DNA of 64,000 nucleotides from Diadema antillarum (taxonomy: Eukaryota). This document shows, piece by piece, positions 52,995-64,000 of this stretch; the first letter of the stretch is position 1, and each line of letters begins with the position of its first letter. The stretch is from the NCBI RefSeq assembly GCF_040938485.1, contig NW_027271550.1:2046001-2110000 (forward strand), in the 5' to 3' direction. The position numbers were made by a program, and so were the translations under genes. The notes beneath the pieces were generated by a model. The model saw only the letters and a program-made list of their open reading frames with translations. It searched no databases and was not told where the DNA came from.

Positions 52995-54766
52995 AGAGAA
53001 CCTGATAGATGTAATTTTGTTAATGAATTTAATTTGCTGTGTAAAACACTTAACTGCAATTATTCTACTTCTATGGTAAGAGTTTCACTAGCTATAAGAA
53101 TTGCCAATCTCTCACGTAAACAAGATCTTCAAAGACATACCATTTCTCTTTCCGGTAGACCCCTGTCAAGCTGTTTTAGAACTAAAATACCTCTGCCTAT
53201 ATAACCTGTAATTTGTATCCTTTTTTTTCAGGGTATTGCATCTGCGCATGTTTGCTTCGCAAAAGAACATGGCCGAGTTTACGGGTAGGTTGGCCAGACA
53301 CTATTACATGTCAACAGACGACCTCGTTTATTGTAGTGCGCACACTCAATTCTGAGGAAAAGACCATGAATAGCATTGTTATGCTGATGATTCGCTCTGT
53401 TGAAAACTGCGATCAAAAATTTTATACAACAGCTTGCACAACAGTCGTAATCGGTGCAATGTAATGTTTATATTTGTGCGACTTGCTATATGTGATCTCT
53501 TAAAAAGTTTTGTAGTTGTTACCACCAGATCATCACCGCAGTTTATAGACGCTCCATTGTCATTCTCCCTGTTTGATAATCTATTATACCTGGGGACAGT
53601 TTATAGTCACGTCCGATATGTGCCAAATTGACACTTTTTGCATCAAACAAGTCTTGCCGTAAGAAATATACGCCTTTTGAATAAGATATTCAGCTTCATT
53701 CCCTTCCAAGCCATCTCACATTAGTCTGTTATTAGTCACATTAGTCATCTCTGATTAGTTCATAACGGACAGTGTCAGGCGATAATTTTTGAAAGAGATT
53801 GAACATTTTGATGTAAAATAACTTGTATCAAATGTTGTATGTTTTCTAATTGTCAACATAATTTCCACCCCACAGCTTGTCTTAATTGCAATCGGCTTGA
53901 GATTATATATATATATATTCGATCTCATTAAATACAAGTATGGACTGCTTTTCGCGGGATTGTTTATCATTTCGATCCCAACTCCATGCTATGATCCCAG
54001 GAACTTTATACTCCGATGGTCATAGCATCTACTTGAGATTCCAAGCCTCGAATAAAGGCAATCTATATCTTTTTACATACTGAATAGAATCAACTGAAAT
54101 TTGTCTCGGTCTATCGTTATTTCGCTGGCCAGTTCACATATCAGACCCTGACATAGAAGGGAGGGGAGGCTAATAGCATTATTGGGCAGTTAGAGTACTG
54201 TGAAGATGCAAATAATTGTTGAATTTATGCCTCCGATTTTAGCCAATTAGGATCGAGAATTCATCAAATGAGGTAGGCCTATATGATAGTGCGTATGATA
54301 GTTTCTACACAAATAAATTCAAAGTGGGCCCTACGTCTCTATAACTAAGTCTTATACGATAAAACAACACACAAGCGCACTTACACACCCTCACCACTCT
54401 ATAGTTATATTGTTTCTATGTAATGACACTACCTGAACCATGATTGTGTGTATCTGTATGATATGCACAGTAAACGTGATGTGCACACAAAGAGACATGT
54501 TATATACGTATAGGCCTATCTATATTTGTATATTCATCATCTACATATTCATATTCATGTATAATAATTATCTATATAACATACTAAGTAACGTGTTAAG
54601 AAAAATAATTTGTGTTCACTTTTCTATCCATGAACTAATATAGGTTCTATGACGTTCGTCGTCCTGTGCTAGTCTGTGGCGACCCTGACATGGCCAGGCA
54701 GGTCATGATTAAGAGCTTCAATTCCTTCGTGAACAGACGAGTAAGTTTGCTCGTTCATTTATTTAC

Positions 54767-54818
<52 letters not shown>

Positions 54819-54911
54819 CAATGTATTCATTTATCTATGAACTAATGTAGTCTGTATTTCTAGTCTGTGGAGACCCTGGCATGGCCATGCAGGTCATGAT
54901 TAAGAGCTTCA

Positions 54912-54958
<47 letters not shown>

Positions 54959-57900
54959 TATATATATATATTATACGGTTATCTAGCGCTTATCTTATTT
55001 CAGTGGAAGTGTTCCTTTAAACATTATTTTAGAGATGAACATTTATAGCAATTCACTGCACAGTTTGTTCTTCACAAAATACATGTTAAGTAAACCTATA
55101 TTCTGTGCTACTCTCCTTAAAATTGTTATTTTTTTCTTCGTCGTTTTCTTTGAACAAAACAATTAGTCTTTCCTCTCGTTTTGCTCTGTTACACTCGTTC
55201 AACAGTGTTTACCATCAGAACCATGACATTTCTAAAAGAGGAACAAAAATTGTTGATCTCGTGAAGTTTAATTTTTTGACAATATCTTTTGCCTTTATCT
55301 CTCTAACTCTGGTTGCCTTTTGCCATTCCCAACCTCCGGGCCAATTCTTGAACCTGCAGACGACAGCACTATGCAACAAGGAGTTCGAGGATGCCCTGAG
55401 GAACCTGAAGGATGACCATTGGCGAGACGTTCGTAATACTCTGACGTCTACCTTCAGCGGTGCAAAAATGAAACAGGTGCAGCAACGCGTACTGGTATCT
55501 GAATTTGAAATCTTCGTCATATCCTGTGCAAGACTGTCTCGATTTCCCCGTTAACATGTCCGTAAAAACTGACGACTTATATACACTCACAAGACCACAT
55601 CAAGCACAATATATTTAAGTGGCAAAAAAAACCTCCAAATAATTACTTTATAACCATAATTTCAGGCTGACATGAACCACTACAAAGCAAAGCCGAAGTG
55701 ACATTAAAAATTGGATTGATCCTTGGTGCTTGCATGCACATTATATTGATGTATTCATTCAAGCGATATGAAAGCTGGAACGAATAAAATCATGATACGT
55801 ATCGTTTTAGTTTTGCACTGTGTCTTTACAATGTAATTATTACGGTAAAAGTTACAACTTTCCTTCTCAAAGCCTTCTTTTTTTAACATTCTTGACGTTT
55901 CAACTAAAGTTCCTTGTCTATGTTTTTTTTTCTTTGTAGATGTCACACCACGTAACAGTTGGGGCCGATAGACTGCTGCGGAACATTGAAAATTCTCAGA
56001 GAACTAATGGCTACATTGAATGTAAACAGTAAGTAGTGTTACGTTTAAGAATGATGGCGTCTGTCTTGTCTTTTTTGGTGTTCAAGAGGCAATATTGCAA
56101 GATCGGCGTGATTGGAGATACTGTTCCAAGCATTATTGATGCACCTGCAAATCCATCATTTTGTCCCATGCGGGAATTCCATTCGCGATTCCAAAGGAAG
56201 ACTACTATAATTAGTGAGCCGGAGTTTGTGGTCACGTGACTGCCATGCCAATAATGTAGAATTCAATTCATGTTTCGGACGCAGAATGACTGAAGTGCGT
56301 TTTTGTCTTTTTTGTGTGTTTTTTTTTTTGTGCACGTGAATTCTGCTGAACTCTTTTTTCTTATCTTACGGGAAGAAACAATTGTCCAGTCTGGTATCTC
56401 GAGAGGATAAAATAGAGAAAATAATATCATACAAATTGCACTGTAGTTTCGGATGGCGATGCAAGAAGGTTGAATTGTTAAAGTGTGTTTTGCACCATAT
56501 TCAATTTTCTTCGAGATTATACGGGTCCTTCATCATGGACACCATAGCGAGCTGCGCGTTCGGTCTCGAGGTCGACTCCCAGGGTGACCAGGATCATCCA
56601 TTTGTCGCCATGGCCACGAAAGCCTTCCATTTCACTCCTTTCAATGTGGGACTGCTGATAAGCGGTAAGAAGTTGAAGTCTGTTGTAGGGGCCGGCGATA
56701 TAGATCACTTTTCGAGAGATCTCGCGTGACCTTTGACCTTTGGTACCGTGAGCACATATCACTGAAAGGAATGGATGGAGAGATTTTACAAAGAATTTAG
56801 CAAGTGTGTGGTTTTTTTTTTCTATTACAGTTTTTCCACTTTCAGATTGTGAGTAATATGGTAATGTGGATGTTTTTCATAAGATGGAAGAGGAGAGAAT
56901 TCGCTGAGATTTGTGGGTATTGCGTTGGTGCTTTCGTTTCTATAGTGATACTGTGACAACCGCGCAATTCGTTTCCACTTGTTGGTTCATGATGTGACTG
57001 ACAGGTTTTTATTGCTCCTATATAAACTGAAAAGATATGGCAGATTGTCTCTGCATGAAGTCATTCTCTATGTTTGAATCTCTCACAGTTCTCACCACAA
57101 CAACAAAGAAAACGACAAAAAATATACCGCAAGTCTTTATTGAGGTCTTACATGAACTCTGTGATGTCAACTTCTTGTTATTTTGAAATCGCTACGAATT
57201 CTCTAAAACAAAGGAATAAAGAGAAATTTGAAGATACACAGGAAGCTGCCATTAATTTCTTTGATACTCATTATCATTAGTATTTTCATATCCTTATGAT
57301 TATTAGTACTAATATTATCATAATGATAATCACTATTGCGTTGTTCTTATCATCATCGCTATCTCATTATTGAAATCCCAAGGAGTTCTGCCATGGACAT
57401 CGTCATTATTGAAGTTTTTCAAGATTTTCTTGCTTCCTCAAGACGCGATGGAGTTTTTCCGTGATGTAACGCAGCAAACCATGGCAATGAGAAAAGCTCC
57501 GAACAAAGACAAGCAAAAGGTAGAGTTGTTTGCTTGTAGCACGAGATTGTAATGCTTTAACCATTTCTGTGCCAGGGAATTTGAACAGTGCATACAATGC
57601 TCTTGGATTTTTTTTACCAGTTGGCATGCACAGGATAAAAAAAAGGATTAACCACCTTTTAGAGAGTTCTACTTTTTTACATATTCCACTGTATAGTTAG
57701 TGATATAATGATTGCACTAAGACATTTTAAAGTAATTGTATGATACTCGGTATTCAAGAGACCTTTGGTTAGTAAACTGAAAAAAAACCTCATACCGGCA
57801 CGTCTGAAGTAGATTATCAGCAAGTGAAATACATTAGTGTCAAAATATGAAGTTGAAATCGAAAGAGTGTGTATGTATGTGTGTGTGAGAGAGAGAGAGA

Positions 57901-60900
57901 CAGAGAGGAGGAGGAGAGAGAGAGACAGACAGAGACTGTTCAATAAGCTTCGCTTGTAAGTGTAACAAGTGCAGCTTCACGACGGAAGTGCCAAACATTA
58001 CATGAGAGTATATTCTATATGTAGTAATACAGAATACCCTTAATGAATGTTCAGAATAGTTCGTAATATAATTTAACAAAGTTGCTGATGTCTCGATTTG
58101 ATGAGATATTGGGGAAACCGATACTTATGAGGATAAGAGCTTCATTTTTCTTGGAGGCACTAAAGAGATTGATTGCAATTAAAGAAATAACCTGAGCAAA
58201 ACTCGCAACATGTCAAAGACAGCAGAATCGTGTATTTTGTTTGCAGTCGTGACACGTATTATACAGGGCCTATCAAAAAAAAAGTGACACTTTTAAAAAA
58301 ATTGTCTAATTTACATTTCAAAATATTTGGAAGATTTTTTTCATATTTATGGATACCCAATAGTCTCATCTATCAAGTGCAATCAACAAAACAAATTTTT
58401 GTTTCAAAAGTGTAACTTTCTTTTGATACGCCCTGTAGAGTATAGATATCATTATTTGAATCAGTTTTAGGTAGAAAACGAGGAAATATGCATGGTTTGA
58501 AATATAAAAAGAGCCACTGCTTTCTTTCCCATCTTTTATCTTCTCGCATTAGATCGCAGTTCTTCAATTCGCACGCTTTAGTATATTATGATTGTGTCAA
58601 ACTGTGGCGTAAACTGCAATGCGATCAACATGTAAATCTTAGCTAATTGTCTTGGGAACTTTCTACAAGATAGCACGACTGTCTTTAATGTCGTTATGTT
58701 TGCATTAAATACCAATCTATTTACCAGAGAGCAGACTTTCTTCAAATGATGATCGAAGCCCAAATAGGAAGCGAGGGGTCGGAGGGAGACGATGACGAAA
58801 CTGGACACGAAGTCGACGTGCATGATAGCGTGTTCAAGGGACATGAAAGTGGGGAACGAAGTCGCTCGATGAGATCAAAGATCAAACTGACAGATTCAGA
58901 AATTATAGCCCAGGTGAATCTTCTCATTTCAGCGTTGGTTGTCATGATGCCCATGTTCGATCCCACCTCGGAGTAATAACTTTAATTTGAAAGGATAATG
59001 CGTCACGTTCTNNNNNNNNNNNNNNNNNNNNNNNNNNNNNNNNNNNNNNNNNNNNNNNNNNNNNNNNNNNNNNNNNNNNNNNNNNNNNNNNNNNNNNNNN
59101 NNNNNNNNNNNNNNNNNNNNNNNNNNNNNNNNNNNNNNNNNNNNNNNNNNNNNNNNNNNNNNNNNTAACAATAATAGTATAATAATGATAAAAATGATAA
59201 ATAACTAGATAGACACCGATTGTGAGACGTTTCATATCGGTCATAGAGTAGCTGTCATTATTTTGCTCAACATTATAAAAATGGAAATAAGCAAAGATGA
59301 GAAACACGATTTAACATCCTAGGAAAGAGAGTTTTGTCCAGAGTAAATGAATGTGCCATTGATTCAGATAGTTCATTAATTCAATCTGTATCAAGGTGAA
59401 ATATGAATATCGAAGAACATTAATAATCTCCATTAAATTCACTTCTAACATAATTTGGAACTCCGATATCAAGACATGATGCAACGGCGAGTTCCACTAG
59501 TCCCGCCACACATACACATATGGACACATACAATATGCTGGCTCGAAAGAATGCAGTCACAAACAGTCTTTGCAAGCAAAAGAAATAATTACAGAGACAT
59601 AACAAAGGCATGCACAAAGCTATCCAAAAAAAAAAGAAGAGACGTTATTTCCACACTTATTTCAAGTGTCAGATTTGCTTTTGTCTTTCATATCAGGCGA
59701 TAATCTTTTTCGTCGCCGGCTACGACACGACTGGCTCCCTCCTCATCTATTCCTCTTACCTACTGGCCCTGCATCCAGACGTACAGGAGAAACTCATCAC
59801 CGAGATCGACGAATTGCTGCCCTCCAGCAACGACGTCGACTACACCACCGTCTCGAAATTATCCTACCTGGATAACGTCATATGCGAGACTCTGAGATGT
59901 TTTCCTCCGGTGGTTCGGTAAGTATTAAGCAGAATGATCACTTCACAGACAAACCAGATAGAAACTAATGATAGAATCAACACAATACGTACCAATTTCT
60001 AGTGTTATTAGGGTCAAGTCATACAACACATCTTCATTTCTCCTCGCAAAGTGTTCATGAATATCATCATCACCATCACGCAGCTGTCTCGGCCCGACGG
60101 CCCCGGTTCATGTAAGCATGCATGCAGCCGGCACTCCAGTCGGCATCAACAGCGGCGTCTTGGTTTTTACCTCCTGCGTCGGGATCAAATCCCCTAAATC
60201 TCGGTCATCCTCATGATTGTTTGAATTTGATGAATCAGTATCGTCTTCTCCTTCCTCCTCTTTGTTGATCAGATTGTATAAGAATATTGTCATCCATTCT
60301 TCTTCGGTTTACGAACGCAAGCAAGAGGGGTGAGATAGTTTGGGATCGAGCTACCATGCACAAATTCTTAAAGAAGGAAAGCGCGCACTACTGGTCTTTG
60401 GAGCGCGCAGCTGATTGGAGGAGAGCGTTTTCGACAGTTTTGAAGTCATAGAAATTAGGCCGATATTCTCAGGGAATGTCGGTCCGACTCGAAGACACGT
60501 ATTTGATTAATCAATCATAATTAATTATCGTTTTGGATAGCAATGTTATTAACAAAAATGGGGGTATGACATTTCCTGTGCGAACATAACAAATTTGAGA
60601 AAATTGAAAATCATAGAAGTTTATCTGTTCTTGTCATGGGCATCGAGTTCCTTTTTTTTAAATTACTGTGACCTAATCATAAGCTGACCACACTATGCTC
60701 CATATTGTATTTCCGATAGTATGAAAGCCGTTTAGGTAATATCATTTTTTTATGTGCTTCTCTTAGTAGGCATTTTACTATACTACAAAACGGCATCTGA
60801 GGATGTTGCTATACATGCATTAGAGTTGCTGTTCATCTTGTGGTGTTTGAATATTCGAGTAAATATTGGAAACTTGTACATTCGTTTCATCATGGTCTGT

Positions 60901-62298
60901 GATACGTTACAAATTCTGCATTTCGTTTGCTTATCACCTAATATTTGTCAGCCTTGACCGCATGTGCAATGAGACATTTACCTACAATGGGGTAACCGTG
61001 GAAAGGGGCACGCAGGTTGTCATTCCGATGTACGCCATTCACCATGATCCGGAGCTGTGGCCCGAACCCGAGAAGTTCGACCCGAATAGGTGCGTAAAGA
61101 CTACTCAAACATGCGAAAGCGATTACTAGTGTTATAGTTGTAATACTTGATATATGCCGGGTAACACTTTTGTGTTCATCTGTGTTTGATACGGGATGCA
61201 GCAGATCCTAACCTTCTTTTTTTCTTTTGCTCACATCAATCGAATGCGAGTTCGTTTGCCTCAGTTTGTCAGTGGCATGGATGTCAATGCGAAATTTTAG
61301 TACATTCATAATTTGTACGCCAAAAAATAACGGTATTTTGTACTTTGTTAATGAAATTGCAGAACGTTGATGTATTTGAAAAAATGGCATACAAAGAATA
61401 AATTAATCAAATCAAATCAAATCGAATCAAACAATGTTTACTATAATACAGTAATCTTGAAAGATTCGAAACAAGAAATTAATGCAAAGCTTAGATGCAG
61501 AACAAAGCCCACTATATTTTCAGGATACTCATTTAGATGTCAATGTACGTTTAGACATTTTTTTGGTTTTTTTTTCAGTGCTGAGTGTAAAAAACAAAAC
61601 AAAAACGAAAAAACGAAAAACGAAACGTAGAACACAAACACTGAGTACAAGTTTTAATAGTGAACGCGAAAATCGAGATTCGATTTTTTTTTTTTTTTTT
61701 TTTAGGCGTTGAGCTGGTTGGAGGAAATAAGGTGGGAATCATAAATGATTGGATATAGTGTTAAGAAGAATTAGAAATTGCAAGCATATCCATGAGCTCG
61801 ATTCTGTGTGTCTCGTTCGTCTGACAGATTCACGAAAGAGAGGCGCGAGAAGCGGCACCCGTTTGCTTGGATCCCGTTCGGCGCAGGGCCACGGAACTGC
61901 ATCGGGATGAGGTTCGCCCTGATGGAGGCCAAGGTAGCCCTCGTCAGGGTGCTGCAGAAATACCGCTTTGAGACGTGTCTACAGACAAAGGTAAATGAAT
62001 CATGCCGTATACGACAAAGGCAGACAGAATCTTGTCCTTGTACTGCCAGGAGTAGAAAATATCGTCACGGTATAGGTTACATGTAAGATAATCCCATACG
62101 CCATTGTTCATCATGATTTTCAAATTAATCTACTTGTTCTATCTTGATGCATAATACAATAAAGTACAACTTGCCAGTTCGATCAAATAGTTTTCAAACT
62201 GAATTGCTTCCCTACAGATTCCGGTTGAGATCGGGAAGGCGGGTCTAATCACCCCGTCGAAGGGTATGGCGTTGCGCGTCAACCAAAGGATCATGTAG
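50864..62298 (+). CDS. Cytochrome P450, clan 3 (CYP3A-like / thromboxane-A synthase-like), copy B, 533 aa; exons 50864-50940, 52707-52800, 53232-53284, 54644-54740, 55360-55476, 55940-56028, 56516-56664, 57383-57519, 58728-58913, 59697-59917, 60952-61089, 61828-61990, 62218-62298
   Basis: Tandem paralog of copy A with identical exon phases and sizes (exon 9 is 12 nt longer). Motifs [43 protein letters not shown] intact; 1602-nt open frame; the N gap lies in intron 9 and removes no exon judged against copy A. Confidence 0.94.
51662..52064. mobile_element. TIR MITE (TTAA-type, Kolobok-like) packed with GTCGAC repeats, 403 bp, P450-B intron 1
   Basis: Ends GTGCCATTCTACCTGAC / GTGGCATTCTACTTGAC; flanks TGAA and TTAA; ~10 (A/T)GTCGAC(A/T) or near-match palindromes. 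Confidence 0.7.
52958..52991. repeat. (TA)n microsatellite
   Basis: Direct reading. Confidence 0.9.
54766..54972. repeat. Two (TA)n tracts flanking a duplicated exon fragment
   Basis: Direct reading: about 54766-54818 and 54911-54972. Confidence 0.85.
54837..54911 (+). pseudogene. Partial duplicate (pseudo-exon) of P450-B exon 4 inside intron 4
   Basis: 54860-54911 matches 54669-54720 at 49/52; 54837-54850 matches the acceptor region 54630-54643 at 13/14; no donor site follows. Confidence 0.85.
57889..57935. repeat. (GA)n / purine-rich microsatellite
   Basis: Direct reading. Confidence 0.85.
58264..58435. mobile_element. Tc1/mariner-type MITE, 172 bp, P450-B intron 8
   Basis: TA|CAGGGCCTATCAAAA ... 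TTTTGATACGCCCTG|TA (14/15 TIR, TA TSD). Confidence 0.85.
59012..59165. other. Assembly gap (154 N) in P450-B intron 9
   Basis: Run of N. Confidence 1.
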
Positions 62299-62516
62299 CC
62301 AACACGCAAACCGGCCAACGACCTTACCTAGCGACTGTGGGTCATCGGAACGGATCTGGGGCCAAATTCGTTTGAGTTTCAGACAGGGATATCGGCATTC
62401 AGGCTTTTTCATTATCATTATCCACCAGGAAACTGTACAAATGCATGTCTCTACTGATACAGTCATATTTGCCAATATCCTCTCTGTCAGCGCCGCTGTG
62501 ATTTGCGCATTAAAGG

Positions 62517-62522
62517 AATAAA
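62517..62522 (+). promoter_or_regulatory. Candidate polyadenylation signal of P450 copy B
   Basis: AATAAA ~220 nt after the stop codon. Confidence 0.45.
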
Positions 62523-62846
62523 ACGATTTGGTTATTTTGAGAAGGGGTAGCTATATCAGATGTGTCATAATAATTTACAACATCACCTGATGCGATCAAA
62601 CTTCTCGGCAAAAGAATTTTCGGGCTTTAATTGGTTCTGAAGAGGTCCTCAACCTCTCCTTAGGACTGGTCTTCAGTGATTTCTAGCCCTAGCCATGAGG
62701 ATTTTTGGTCGGCAACCAGTCATTGCTGCTACCAAGATCTTTATGTAGAGCGTCTGCGTGTATGTGCCAGGACACTATGAATGCTTGCTGCAGCCTTGAA
62801 GTCCGACTGCTTGAAGACATCTCAGTTGGATGCCAAGCCATGCACT

Positions 62847-63150
62847 CTAAAGTTCACCCGTATGAACTTCAGACGACATCAAGAATACCTTGCAGAATGA
62901 TGGAAAATAATGTCTTGTAGTTGTGATAGGGCAAAGCAGTTTCTGAATTTCGTCATATGGACAAGACCTACTCAAGACGTGAAACCCCAAACAGATCTTG
63001 ACTGTTTGGAAAATGTCTCGCATGTTATATCCCGCTGTAAGCAGCGAAGTATATCCAATCATTTTTGACAAAGGATTATCCGCAAACTGTTCGCGTACTT
63101 CTTGAGACATTCTTACGAACGTTTGGTGCATGTTTCTACATGGTATGGTG
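62847..63150 (-). other. Possible terminal exon or decayed coding fragment of an unidentified convergent gene
   Basis: Minus-strand pyrimidine tract + TAG acceptor at 63153-63151 followed by a 101-codon open frame (TIPCRNMHQTFVRMSQEVREQFADNPLSKMIGY...) ending in TAG; protein not recognised. Confidence 0.25.
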
Positions 63151-64000
63151 CTACACATCAAACAATAGCAGGAAAATTTCAAAAAAAAAATATAAAGAGA
63201 ATCAAATTAACATTATAATAAAGTTACAGAATATATGCTTAAATCAGTCCAGAATATTTATGATTGACAATTAAGATGATGTGTGGATGAATCTACACAC
63301 TGCATGCCTTGTGATTGTAGGTCGTAAGAAAAGAAAAGTCGGGAAACACACATACACGTAATACAACAACAAAAAGAACCAACAAACAACAGTGAAATTA
63401 AAGGGGAAGAGAGAGACAAAGATGAAAGAGAATAGAACAAATCTGACTTCAACTCAAGACAATAAGAAGTATCCAACACAACTATTTAGGCATGATAAAA
63501 TTGAAATGCGACAAAGACACAGAATGTTACATGCAATGCACAAAATTGCTCATGGAGTCAAAGGCTCTGTTATAGAAATAATCTTTGTCGATGCACCATG
63601 TTAAATATTTGAGATATGCCAGTTTTTTAGTTTAACTATACTTTTAAACGCAGAAGTGTACAATACAAAAGGAGTAAAGAGTGGACTGAAAATCCAGATG
63701 ACATGAAGATTTTCAGCTTTAATAATTTCAGGTTCCCTTAGAAAAACAGCGGCAGTTGCAGTCTAATGTCTACAACACACCAAAGATAATTCCTGTTTAT
63801 AAAGCTTGATATATGCGTTTGTGATGAGTACTATCGTTGTTTTTGTTTTATGTCAGTCTGTTGTGCCTGTTTGTATTCTCTACATGATCTGAATATATAT
63901 CTTTCTCTACATATGATTTTTTGTTTGTATTTTGTACTCTGAATTAATTGTGGTGTATTTCTATTGTTACACTGTATGCACGGACTTGCAATCATTACCA

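Noticed and set aside
58929-59307. ORFs containing poly-X
   Set aside because: Artefacts of the N gap.

Overview
Eukaryotic (intron-rich, AT-rich, marine-invertebrate-like; echinoderm/sea-urchin is my inference from composition and repeat families) 64 kb window with four spliced genes that I reconstructed exon by exon: (1) the 5' part of SPT16/SUPT16H (FACT subunit, minus strand, 9 exons, runs off the window start, one GC-AG intron); (2) a complete 10-exon M19 membrane-type dipeptidase (DPEP1-like, minus) with all metal/catalytic ligands but no C-terminal GPI signal; (3-4) two tandem 13-exon clan-3 cytochrome P450 paralogs (CYP3A/TBXAS1-like, plus; 529 and 533 aa) lying head-to-head with the dipeptidase. 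Non-coding DNA carries many non-autonomous DNA transposons (Kolobok-, Tc1/mariner-pogo-, EnSpm-, Harbinger-, MULE-, hAT-like, a Helentron/DINE-1-type HINE), a tRNA-derived SINE, microsatellites and a 154-N gap. Most notable: a 746-bp almost perfect palindromic insertion with a 4-bp TSD in SPT16 intron 1; thromboxane-synthase-like exon architecture with an intact I-helix Thr in the P450s; homogenised exon 12 (likely gene conversion) versus divergent SRS5; a conserved HNF4-type site and a paralog-specific NF-kB site in the P450 promoters; paralog-specific non-canonical splice sites. No rRNA, true tRNA or CRISPR array seen. All comparisons were made by eye; no database search was run.
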